A stretch of DNA of 64,000 nt from Macrostomum lignano (lineage: Eukaryota), in NCBI GenBank assembly GCA_002269645.1, contig NIVC01000506.1, forward strand, positions 186,001 to 250,000, given 5' to 3'. Below are positions 45,001-56,400 of the stretch, in pieces (position 1 is the stretch's first letter; each line of letters starts with the position of its first letter). The notes under the pieces are model-generated. The model had not been told where the DNA came from. It saw only the letters and a list, made by a program, of their open reading frames with translations, and searched no databases. Made by a program: the position numbers and the translations under genes.

Positions 45001-47319
45001 AGTCAGGGAGTGCAGAGTCAGGGAGTGCAGAGTCAGGGAGTGCAGAGTCAGGAAGTGATGATTTAGGGAGTGCAGAGTCAGGGAGTGCAGAGTCAGGGGG
45101 TGCAGAGTCAGGGGGTGCAGAGTCAGGGAGTGCAGAGTCAGGGGGTGCAGAGTCAGGGAGTGCAGAGTCAGGGAGTGCAGAGTCAGGGAGTGCAGATTAA
45201 ATATGCTGAGTTCCCCACTGACCTCAACGCTGGCCACCAGGCCTCCAGCGCTAACATCCTCATCGTCCACCTCATCATCGATGACGTCATCATCGTCCTC
45301 ATCTTCATCGGAGCTCAGGTCCTCGCTGAGTTCCTCCTCGTCTTCGTCCTCATCGTCTTCCTCGTCGCTGGTGTCGGGGGCCGCCCGGAACCGGCGGCAG
45401 ACGAAGTCCAGAGGCGAGTCAGCAGCGGAGGCAACCAGATCGCCGCCCGAGCCATCCAGAGCTGCCGCCTCTTCGAGCTGGGCGAGCAGGTCCTGCAGGC
45501 AGCAGTCCGAGGCCAGGCTGAGCGAGTCTGGCGACTCCGGCCTACCGCTGTCCACCAAGGCGGTGGAAGCGCCGGCTGCTGTCGCCGTCGCGTCGACCTC
45601 CTCGACATCCTCCGACAAGTCGGTGGCGGGCATGGCGGTGCCGTCCAGCAGCAGCCGGGGATAATCCACATCCGGGTGCGCGGCCCCATCAGCAGTCTGT
45701 GGCAGCAGCGGGTCGAACTCCGCCGGCTTCGCCGCATCCTCAGCTGCCGCCTGATCGCTGGAAGTCGTACAGAAGTCTGCTGTTGCTGAAGCATCTCCGT
45801 TCTCTTTGGGTGTCGCCTCGGAGTTCGTTGAAGCAGCGGCAGCAGTAGTATCTAGCGAGTTTTCCTCCATTTTAGTAGCCATTTTGCAGTCGCCAAGAGA
45901 GGCGGTCAGAATGTCCGCAGTGGAGGCTGGGGCAGTGGAATACGCGGCGGCGGACTCGTCCGTTTTCGGATCGGCCGCCAAGCGGTCCAAAGCGGCCAGG
46001 GCGGACACGGCGGCCGCCCCAGAGCCAGCGGCCTCGTCACTGCTCGGGTTCGAATCCGATGTAGCGGTGGCCCCGTCAGCCGACCCGGAGGCAGCCAGCG
46101 AGGGCGAGGGCTCGAAGCCGAGCGCCAGGGCGGCCTCGTGCTCCGCCCAGCCGTGATTCTTCTGAAAGGTGAACCCGTCAACTTCTTCGCCGCGCAGAGA
46201 CCTGCCGACATTCCTGATGAAGGTGGCCTGGTCAAGGCCGGACTCGAAGTAGCTGGACACCGGGTCGGAGATGTTGGGGTGGTACAGTAGAAACAGCAGG
46301 CCCTGCAGGCAGTCCTCGATGCCGAAGGTTCGATTCCATTCGTCGAATAGGTTGAGGCAGATGTTGTGCTCCAAGGTGAGGTCGGCATCGATGTTGGGGT
46401 GGTAAATGTCCGTCAGGCAGACCACGTCAGGCGCAGAGTCGGGATACTGCTCCGAGGCGTGAATCTGCGGGCGGGCAGCGGCAGGGCTTGGGCGTCACTT
46501 CTTGCGGGGGTCGGGGCGCACCGAAATGGGGCTTCAGCGTGCCGATGTGGGATCTCAGGGGGTGTTCAAGGCGCGATGTGGGATCTCAGGGGAGTCTTTA
46601 GGGTTCCGATGTGGGATCTCAGGGGGGTCTTCAGGGTTCCAATGTGGGATTTCTGAGTGTCTTCAAGGTGCCGATGTGGGATCTCAGAGTATCTTCAGGG
46701 TACCAATGTGGGATCTCAGGGTGTATTCAGGGAGCCGATGTGAGATCTCAGGGTGTCTTCAGGGTTCCGATGTGGGATCTCAAGGGGGGGGGCTTCAGGG
46801 TGCCGATGTGGAATCTCAGAGTGTCTTCAGGGTGCAGATATGGGATCTCAGAGTGTCTTCAGATTGCCGATATGGGATCTCAGGGGGGTCTTCAGGTGCC
46901 AATGTAGAGGGATCTCAGGGGGTCTTCAGGGTGCTGATGTGGGATCTCAGGGTGTCACCAGGGCTAAGCTTTTAAGCTTAAATTAAGATATGTGCCACAC
47001 TGGGTCTTCAGTAATGCCCAGAAATCATAAGGTAATATTTGGACGTCAAGAAAAAAGGGGCCGCTGCACATGAAACTCATCGCTAAAAATCTTTTTGTGG
47101 GCAGTTCAAAATACCCCATGCCATTAACAGCGAATGCGGCTTTACCCATACCTGGAATAAGAATTTGCCATGCTTGTAGGGCCCATTGTTAGGCGCCAGT
47201 TCAACAATAAAGCAGTTCAGGTTGTCGGCATCATAGTCCCGGATGCTGGCCTGTCCACTGAATTTCTTGTCTATTGACTTGATCAGCCTGTTGAATTCTT
47301 TCACAAACCTGGAGGACAT
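42060..47319 (-). CDS. Ubiquitin-conjugating (E2) fold protein most like NEDD8 E2 Ubc12/UBE2M, with a long acidic low-complexity extension. Exons 47319-47152, 46464-45223, 44803-44576, 42293-42060 (about 623 aa)
   Basis: GPYKHGKFLFQ|IHASEQYPDSAPDVVCLTDIYHPNID..NICLNLFDEW..LQGLLFLLYHPNISDP..FIRNVGRSLRG. All junctions are phase-0 GT-AG. Exons 1-2 are secure; exons 3-4 are inferred from splice sites and open frames only. Confidence 0.78.
42347..44485. repeat. 22-bp minisatellite (CCATAGTTGGGATAGG[A/G]GATTT)n, 2.1 kb, E2 gene intron 3
   Basis: Direct reading. Confidence 0.96.
44882..45195. repeat. 15-bp minisatellite (TCAGGGAGTGCAGAG)n, E2 gene intron 2
   Basis: Direct reading. Confidence 0.95.
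46540..46955. repeat. ~32-bp degenerate minisatellite (GATGTGGGATCTCAGGG..TCTTCAGGGT)n, E2 gene intron 1
   Basis: Direct reading. Confidence 0.9.
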
Positions 47320-48121
47320 GGCTGCAGGCTAGTCAGGGACTACTATTAGCAATATTTATCGAACTGCTTGAGCCTCTTTTGCCCATGCAAAAGCAGAGCC
47401 AAACTGTTACAACTATGCAGTGCCTGAATTAAAAATCAGTGGTCAGTAAGGAGATTTGCTCAAACTGGTGCATGAATAATAATGAATTGTGAGCAGATTA
47501 ATTGCAAAAACCAGGGCAGACTTTAAAGTATGACCTTGATTCAAAGTTCAGTATTGCTTATAATAAATAATTATTGCATGTACAGACTTATAAATATTAT
47601 ATATTGTATAGCTTGACAATATAGTAATTTTTATATACTGTCAGTTAAGCATGTCAGTTAAGCACTATCTTAATTGAGTGGCACAGACTATGCTAGAAAT
47701 AGCTTATATAAGACCATTAGTTATATAACTTAGTCTACTATACTTTTAGACTAATAATAACTTTGTTTTGCAACTTAACTATAAACTACCACAATTTACA
47801 TTAACTACAACAGTTAGGTTAGCTAGCAGTTGCACTATATAGACATATATAATCTATGTATTTTAGAATTTAGTATTTACTTATACCAACATTCTTTGTT
47901 AGTTTGAATTTATATTTAAATACACAATCCTTAGGCCAAATCATAAGTTTAATTTATATTAAAATATACTATACAATAAGCTATATTAGACTTAGTGATC
48001 ATATCACATTCTAGATATCATTTATGCTAGAATTTTCTGATGTATATTTGGTTTAGCATGCATTATATACATTTAGTTCTAGCATGAATTCTAGTATATA
48101 ATTAACTTAATATTAATTTTT

Positions 48122-48285
48122 TAGTGTAGTGGTTTGTGGTTAGAATGTCAGACTTACAACTTGAAAGTTGAGGGTTAAATTCTAAATCCCACTAGAACAG
48201 TTTGTGTCCTTGAGCAAGACACTTAACTCTGCATTGCTTTAGTTCACCCAGCTATAAAATGGGTAACAACATTAGCTGGGATAAT
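48122..48285 (+). mobile_element. Old tRNA-headed SINE with a CORE-like domain, decayed
   Basis: Eroded A and B boxes, followed by TGTGTCCTTGAGCAAGACACTTAAC...CACCCAGCTATAAAATGGGTA, which resembles the CORE-SINE central motif. Confidence 0.65.
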
Positions 48286-48670
48286 TGAGGGTATATGCAT
48301 ATGTGAATAGCTATATATAGCCTTTAGATACACTATGCAATAGCTGGTAATTAATTGGTATAAGTACAATTATAATTATTTTTAGTATTATAATTGATAT
48401 AATTTAAATAATAATAACTGGTATATAGTTGTTATTATATTTTTATTCATATTATTCATATTAGCCATAAAAAACCTACAAATATTTATTATAAAGGGAT
48501 CTAGATAAGTGACTTGATCTAAAATGTGACCATTATTGGCTATGGTCTAAAATATTCATATAATAAAACAAATATAATTAAATTATGATCCATCGGCCTA
48601 GTCAAGAAGGTGCACTGTGTTTGCTGGAATAAACTTCCCACATTTATTTATTATATGCCATGCATTAAAG

Positions 48671-48873
48671 CAGCAGTTTTCAACCTTTTTAGGCAACTCT
48701 AATTTATTAACTTGCATCATTTTTAAATGTTTGCAACCCCTTTTATAATCAATATAATGCATCATTAAGTATGATTTACTCACACATTTCTCATTGCTGC
48801 AACCCCCAGAAAATGGTCACATAATCCCACTGGGGGTTACATGACATCTCAACCCACAAGTTAAGAACCACTA
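48671..48873. mobile_element. Old hAT (Charlie-like) MITE, about 200 bp
   Basis: Ends CAGCAGTTTTCAACC ... GTTAAGAACCACTA, eroded forms of CAGTGGTTCTCAAC/GTTGAGAACCACTG. TSD not convincingly preserved. Confidence 0.6.
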
Positions 48874-50161
48874 TGCTAAATAATATTTTTTTGTGCCATG
48901 TGCCAATACTTAGGGTTGTCATAGCCCAAAAACGAAGTAAAAGATAAACATGTTCATATGAATTTGAGCAAAGTATAGTGAATTTTAACTTTGACCAATC
49001 TTTTGTATTTATATTAAAATTAACAATTGTTGTAAAATACTATTATAACACTCTTCTATAAAATACAAAGAATGATAATTCACAACACAAAAACAATTCT
49101 TGTATTAAACTGTTCAAAGGAATAACTAAAAGCCAGGCCATTGTTTCAAGTACACTAAGTTGCATGCTCTTATCTTATTTTTTTGTGCCATGAGCCAAAT
49201 ATACCAAGAATGCTAAAGAAATGGATAATTAGTGCCAGAATATTTCATGAAATCTATAGCGCATGACCAAGATAGCCACAGCTCTGAATGGCTGCTTGGA
49301 TAGGAATAGGTCTATATATTTCCTCATTTCCTATTGGCTGTGATTGGGGTGGGGTATGACCTATCTTCAAGTCTCAGAGAAGACAGATTTCATTAGTGAA
49401 ATTAGATTAGTAAAACAAAAAACACTTCCTTTATAGCAGGTATTACTACCTACTAAAGCTAGTAACACTACTAGCACAAGACATTTGATTTTTGTATCAT
49501 GGATAATAGTTTCAAACCTATCTCAATATATTAAAACTGACGTGTTGTTTGTATATATATTAAAAGTTAAAGGTAGAGGGTAAAGGTCTAAGGATATGCA
49601 CTTGCCATTTTGTATCTAAATGCTTAGACTGTTTTCAGTGAATGAAACAGATGAATTTTGAACAGGGCATGAAATTTACCCAGTTTTTATCCCTTTAAAC
49701 AAGTAAATTAGTCTTGACCAATAAGAGAAATTCAAAAAAGCTACATGAAGAAGAGATTTATTTAATACAAAATGTCTACACCTCTTAGGGGCCTACTATA
49801 AGTAGGAAATTATGACTCATAACCATTTTTGCCTTTAACCCAATATACTCAAGATTTTTTGACTGCCTGTCTAAACCCTCCCCCATTTCAACCCCACATC
49901 TCCCCACCCCCAAAGCTATCCAATAGTAAACCAGTTGTCATTTTCTGTGACCCCCATCCTAGCTGTGGCCATCTTAGTATGTGGCCATCTTGGTCTTACA
50001 CCAAATCTACTACCTTCTTGACTATGGACTAGGGCCTATAATAGAAGATATAATTAATATTGCCATTGGCACTAAACCTATGATTAAGTTTTTACTTTTT
50101 TTATTTAGTCAAAATGTCCTAATTTGATAAGTTTTAATGCAAACAAAATATTTTATATCAA

Positions 50162-51023
50162 CAGTGTTGGGCGCGATACTTTAAAAAAGTATTGTTTTAA
50201 AGCAATACTCCAATACTGATACTCTAAAAGGTATTGGCAATATTTGTTGGTCCAATACCAAAATTTGAGTATTGCGCGATACTTTATTCCAATACTTGGT
50301 CCGATACATCATTTTTTCGCATTTTCTTACTTTTCTGCATCTATCAAGCCAAAAATGAAGAAAAAGCTTTTAGCTACATAATTTTTAGAAACTAAAGACT
50401 AGAGTGAGATATGGCTAACCAGAGAAGAAGATTAAATAGGCAAAATATTGTTATACATTTCATTATATTTATATTAGCATCTACACCTACATAGTACATT
50501 AAGATGAAAAGACTATACTATATGATAGATGATACAAAAATAATAATGCACATGATACGTAAAAACTTACTCATTAATTAGAAATTAGATGTTAATTGAC
50601 TTTCACTAAATTAAATTTATGAACAATTTAACAGGAACATACTCGCTTAATAGCTAATATCATTTAAGAATTCAATTCAGAGTGGCTCGAGTAGCCGAGT
50701 AGGATATGCTGGTTGCCCCAGACGGCCAAAGAAGTACTAGCCTCATAAGGGTCAAATCAGCCAGTGGAGCGCACTTTGAACGGAGAATGTCCTTTCTTTA
50801 CTTCCTGATACTTTCTTTAATACTTTCTAGGCTTTTTAGTCAAATTTATTACTATTAGTATTAGTTTGCTTAAATGTATTGGATTATTGGACTTAAGAAA
50901 ATATATTGGCGATACAAAGGTTTCATACTGAGAAAAAAAGTAATGATGTCTAATACTCCGATACTCATATGGTATTGGCAATACTATTGGAGTATCAGAG
51001 TATTGGACCTGTGCCCAACACTG
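50162..51023. mobile_element. Non-autonomous hAT transposon (862 bp)
   Basis: TIR CAGTGTTGGGC / GCCCAACACTG. Perfect 8-bp TSD TATATCAA (50154-50161, 51024-51031). Subterminal [A/G]ATACT repeats at both ends. Confidence 0.9.
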
Positions 51024-51429
51024 TATATCAAGCAAAATATGCTAAATGAAATAGTAATATATAGGCCTATGCATTTAGGCAAAATGCCTTTAAAACATTG
51101 TTCTTTTTTATTTATTTTCCTTTTAGAATGAGAATTCTCTTTGCTAATGCAATGCAATGATGGATTTGGATTAGGCCTATAATTCTTATAGATGGACCTA
51201 GACCAAAAATAAAATAAATGCCAAAAAAATAAAAACAAATCAGTCCAAGTAGCCCAAATATATGACTAGTAGCAATTTGCCAACTAGTATAGGCCTAGTG
51301 GTAACCGGTAGGCATAGCCCTAAGCCTAGTAGTAGACTGCGCCTAGAACCTATGAGTCTATGACTGTGACTGGTTCTCTGGTTGTTAGAACTAAGTTTTG
51401 TATAGGCCTAGGCCTAGACAAAAAGCAGC

Positions 51430-51541
51430 GGCTATCCTGTAGTTTCGCACGTTTAATTATAACCCCCACCCCCCACCACCCTTGAATAGAGGGCGAAATA
51501 ATTCCGTAAAATAATTTAAAGTGCGAAACTACAGGATAGCC
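51430..51541. mobile_element. 112-bp MITE with 21-bp perfect TIR and 8-bp TSD
   Basis: GGCTATCCTGTAGTTTCGCAC ... GTGCGAAACTACAGGATAGCC. TSD AAAGCAGC at 51422-51429 and 51542-51549. Confidence 0.88.
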
Positions 51542-53491
51542 AAAGCAGCATATTTGTAATTGTATGCTCAATAGCTCAACAGCATGGAAATAATTAGGGG
51601 GCTATAGGTAGGCAATATAGATGGCGTAGCTTATTTTGAAATAAGTAGGATAGGAAGCTTTGATTGTAAACTAGGCCTCCCCTCACTTTGGCATGATAAA
51701 GTACCAAAATTAACTGCAAGATTTTAATATAGGCCTATTCAAATGTCAATTGTCGACTTGGCGCAAATGCTAAAAACTGAACGAATTTCTCAAAAGTTCA
51801 AATCTGACATCGGTTAGAGTTTAGGACTAGGACTAATAATTCAGGTTAGTGGACCCCACCCCGACCTCAAGAAAGATTACACAAGAGATTTTTTGGGACT
51901 ATATAGAGTACCTGCTACTTTCTAATATTTAATTTCGAATTCTTTTAAATCTTATGTAAAGTAAAACTAACTGTTGCTGATTTCTAAAGTAAGAAAAAAC
52001 TAATTATTTAGTAATATAAAAAGCACGATAATTAATTCGTTCAGTTACTCTTTTTTTAAACTTAGGCTTTTCTTGAGTAATAAAAGTTAGCTTCAACGGG
52101 AAATTTAACTTTCTAGAAGCTGCCTAATATTTTTCGTATTGATACAATGCTTGACCCAGATGGTAAGTAAGTACTTCGTACGTACATGGCATAAGATAAA
52201 TGGTATCTATTAAGCACAGAGCTATGGTAATTAGCTAATAAGAAAATCGGTTGAGCCGTTTTTTTAATCTATCGCATAGCTACATACATACAGACAACTC
52301 GTTTTAGTATATAGGATATGTCAAAGCTAGGATAGAGAAGAAATAATTCATTTTTAAGAAAGTCATAGTCAGGATGATTTTGTTTTTCTGGGAAAATGGA
52401 TTTCAGACCCAAATTTTTCGCGCAGACGGTGGAAAGCAGGTGATAGATGATATTAGGTAGGGAATATTGCATGAGCCGGTTTTGGGCGCAGAGGACACAC
52501 AGCACAGGGTGTAAAATAGGTGAACCATCTCTTGTCGCAGACGAATGAGACGATGCATCATCTTGACAGGAAATTACTGGCAAAATAATATTTTTGCAGA
52601 AAAAATTTTAAGTAGCACATTCCAGCATAACATAATCTTATTTATCTCATCTTTCAATTGTAAAAAATGACTGCATATTAGCTTTGTATTGGTTATAAAT
52701 TATTTTATTAATGTTGCAGCTGTTTCGACACTTTCAGCCAGCAAGATTTTTTCCAGAAAAAGCTATTATTATTAGTAATTATTGCTCTCACTTCTTAGTT
52801 CTTAGTACGTCAAATTGCATTACTTTGAAATAGCAACAGTCTTAAGAATTCTCGCCAGCAATGACTCAAAATGGCCAATGAACCATTTTGCAGTTGTTTA
52901 ATTCTTTTATGCTTACTTTTACCTTATAGTCTGTATTACCTTATCAGAAGTAAAAATACCAGTAACAATTATAGTCTGCTCTTAAGGATATTATGTTTTA
53001 TTATACAAGTAAGGGATACGAGTATAGTGTACCTGTAACTATTTCAATTGGGTAGAGAATAATTTGATTCTGTGTAATTCAGAAACGACATATGATCATT
53101 ATTGAGCACTTTGGATAGTATATGCATAAAAAGGTAGAATGCAGTACATTATGTGATCAAGTTAGCTGTCATATTGGATTGGCTACGCCGCTACATAGAT
53201 ATGGAAAATTAACAAATTGGTAGCTTTCAGTAGTCGATGCATTTTTTACTTGAAGTGAGAACTTTGTTTCCATTGAATAGAAATGTTTGTGGGGCGATAT
53301 TGCCGCCAAAAATAGTGCTTGATCGACACTTTGATCTTGAATAACTTTTAATGCCTGCTTTGCTTCAATACCGCTTTTCAGAGCGTCGGAGGCCGTAGTA
53401 ACTGTCAAGAGCAAAGTTAGTTAGTCATCAACAACCAAAGTACAGAGAGGCATTAGCAGCAGCTCGCTGCGGGGCTCATCTGGCCGCAGCC

Positions 53492-56400
53492 ATGCAGGCC
53501 CAACGCTACAGGCCGGCCTCCGCGTCGCCCTACCGAAGCCCCGGCGCCGCATTCTACGGCTCAACTGGCCGGCTCAGCTCGCTGGACAGGCGCGGCTATC
53601 GCAGCCCCGACAGAGGCGGCCTCATCGACCGCGGCATCAGGTTGGCTTGGCTGTGCAATTGGGGCTGACATAGGGACAGGCTGGGGGCTGGGAGAAGTAG
53701 GGAGAGACTGGGAGAAGTAGAAATGTAGAAGAAGTAGAGAAGTAGAGACTGCGAGAATGGGAGAGGTAGAAATCGACTGGGAGAAGTAGAGAGAGACTGG
53801 GAGAAGTAGGGAGAGACTGGCAGAATTAGAGAGCGAGACTGTGAGAAGTAGAGAGACTGGGAGAAGTAGAGAGAGACTGGGAGAAGTAGAGAGCGAGACT
53901 GGGAGAAGTAGGGAGAGACTGGGAGAAGTAGGGAGAGACTGGCAGAAGTAGAGAGAGACTGAGAGAAGTAGAGAGCGAGACTAGGAGAAGTAGAGAGAGA
54001 CTGGGAGAAGTAGAGAGCGAGACTGGGAGAAGTAGAGAGAAACTATGAGAAGTAGAGAGAGACTGGGAGAAGCAGAGAGCGAGACTGGGAGAGGTAGAGA
54101 TAGACTGGGAGAAGTAGAGAGAGACTGGGAGAAGTAGGGAGAGACTGGCAGAATTAGAGAGCGAGACTGTGAGAAGTAGAGAGACTGGGAGAAGTAGAGA
54201 GAGACTGGGAGAAGTAGAGAGTGAGACTGGGAGAAGTAGAGAGAGACTGGGAGAAGTAGAGAGCGAGACTGGGAGAAGTAGGGAGAGACTGGCAGAACGG
54301 CTTATGTATCACCGCACCGAATCAAACTTGGCAGTTCTACAACCCAAGTTATCTCAGTTCGTGATAATTTCCTCGATTCCAACTTTTACTTTTCTAGCAA
54401 TTGCATTTTTCTGCTTTTTCTATCAGCCGCCCCTGTTTACCGGTGCGCGTTTGCCTGTCTCACCAGTTGAGTACTCGTGTTTGAGCACTCCAATCTACAG
54501 CGGCGCGTGCGGTGGGCTGCTGAGCGCTTTTGAGAGCTGCCCCCGCCTGCGTACCACGCATGTTGCGGCAGTCTCTCGGCAAGCAGAGAGACTGGGGGGG
54601 GGGAGAAGCTTCAGCTGCATCAATTTCTTTCCGTCTTTCCGTCGCCCGAAATTTAGAAAATCTCCGTCTCACTGTGCTCAGCCCTGTCGCTTTGCAGTTT
54701 CTCTCTGGCCTGAGAGCTGCTCGCTGCTGGCATTCTTGGCTTTTATGTGCTCACCGGGTTTTTATCTGGCATTCTTGTGCGCACTTGAAAGCAGCCAAGC
54801 TCTTCAGCAGCGAGTAGTCACGAAATAGTTAACACCGGGGCTTGTGAGGCGTCATGCACTTGCGACTCTGACAGATTCCTGTTTAACATAAAGTTTTATT
54901 TTATCTCAGTCTCTGCTCCTTTTATTCTAAATGATTGCTGGTTTATGTTGCAGTTTTTTATTTGTTGCAGAGAAGACACCGAGGCAGTGCGCATTGGTCT
55001 GTTGGTCCCTTTGGCGTGTAGGGCTTAGGAAGTTCAGGCTGACTTTCGTCTCAACGGGTGACCCCTGTCCTACAGGTGACTCCCCCTGTCCTACAGGTGA
55101 CTTCCCCCTGTCCTACAAGTGAGTTCCCCTGTCCTACAGGTGACTTCCCCTCTCCTACAGGTGACTTCCCCTCTCCTACAGGTGAATTCCCCCTGTCCTA
55201 CAAGTGACTCCCCTCTCCTACAGGTGACTCCCTCTGTGACTCCCCTGATCTTATAGGCGACTTCCCCTGTCCTACAGGTGACTTCCCCTGTCCTACAGGT
55301 GACTCCCCCTGTCCTACAGGTGACTCCCTCTGTGACTCCCCTGATCTTATAGGTGACTTCCCCTGTCCTACAGGGTGACTCCCCCTGTCCTACAGGTGAC
55401 TCCCCCTGTCCTACAGGTGACTTCCCCTGTCCTACAGGTGACTCCCCCTCTCCTACAGGTGACTTCCCCTGTCCTACAGGTGAATTCCCCCTGTCCTACA
55501 GGTGACTTCCCCTCTCCTACAGGTGACTCCCCCTCTCCTACAGGTGACTTCCCCTCTCCTACAGGTGACACCCCTCTCCTACAGGTGACTCCCCCTCTCC
55601 TACAGGTGACTTCCCCTGTCCTACAGGTGACTCCCTCTGTGACTCCCCCGATCTTATAGGCGACTTCCCCTGTCCTACAGGTGACTCTCCCTGTCCTACA
55701 GGTGACTCTTCCTGTCCTACAGGTGACTCCCCCTGTCCTACAGGTGACTTCCCCTGTCCTACAGGTGACTCCCCTGTCCCACTAGTGACCCATTTTTTAC
55801 AGGTGACCTTCCTTCCTGCGTTACAAGAAAAAAAATAGGGTCTGACATAAATTAAGAAAACTTGATTCTAAAATGTGCAAAACAGCCTTCCTTAGACTTC
55901 CTCATCCGCATCGCCTCATCTGTGCCACCCAGCTTCACAGTGAACAGCCTGCGGGAGTCGCGGCAGGAGCTGGCCTCCATAGCCAACGATATTGATGAAT
56001 ATCTCGACGAGAAGGAGGCTGCGGCGGATGAGGCCACTTCCGAGAAGCTCCGCTACCGGCAGCAGCGGCTGTCGCGCTCGCCTTCGCCCTCGCCGTCGGC
56101 GAAGCAGCGGCGCACGTCGCCGAGATTCGCTCCCGCCTCCGCCGACTGGAATTACGGGGACACGGCGCCGCAGGTGAGGCTGCGATTGAGAAGATGGGGA
56201 TAAGGGGCTCCATGAGGGGACAAGAAGCGTCATGAGGGAATAAGGGACGCCATGAGGGAATAAGAGACGCCATGAGGGGATAAGGAGCGCCATGAGGGGA
56301 TAAAGGGGCGCCATGAGGGAATAAGGGGCGCCATGAGGGAATAAGGGGCGCCATGAGGCGATAAGGGGCGCCATGAAGGGATAAGGGGCGCCATGCAAGG

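Noticed and set aside
44653-45222. C-terminal (LHSLT)n extension of the 590-aa E2 ORF
   Set aside because: Read-through into intron 2. A GT donor at 45222 precedes a 15-bp minisatellite that produces the peptide repeat.
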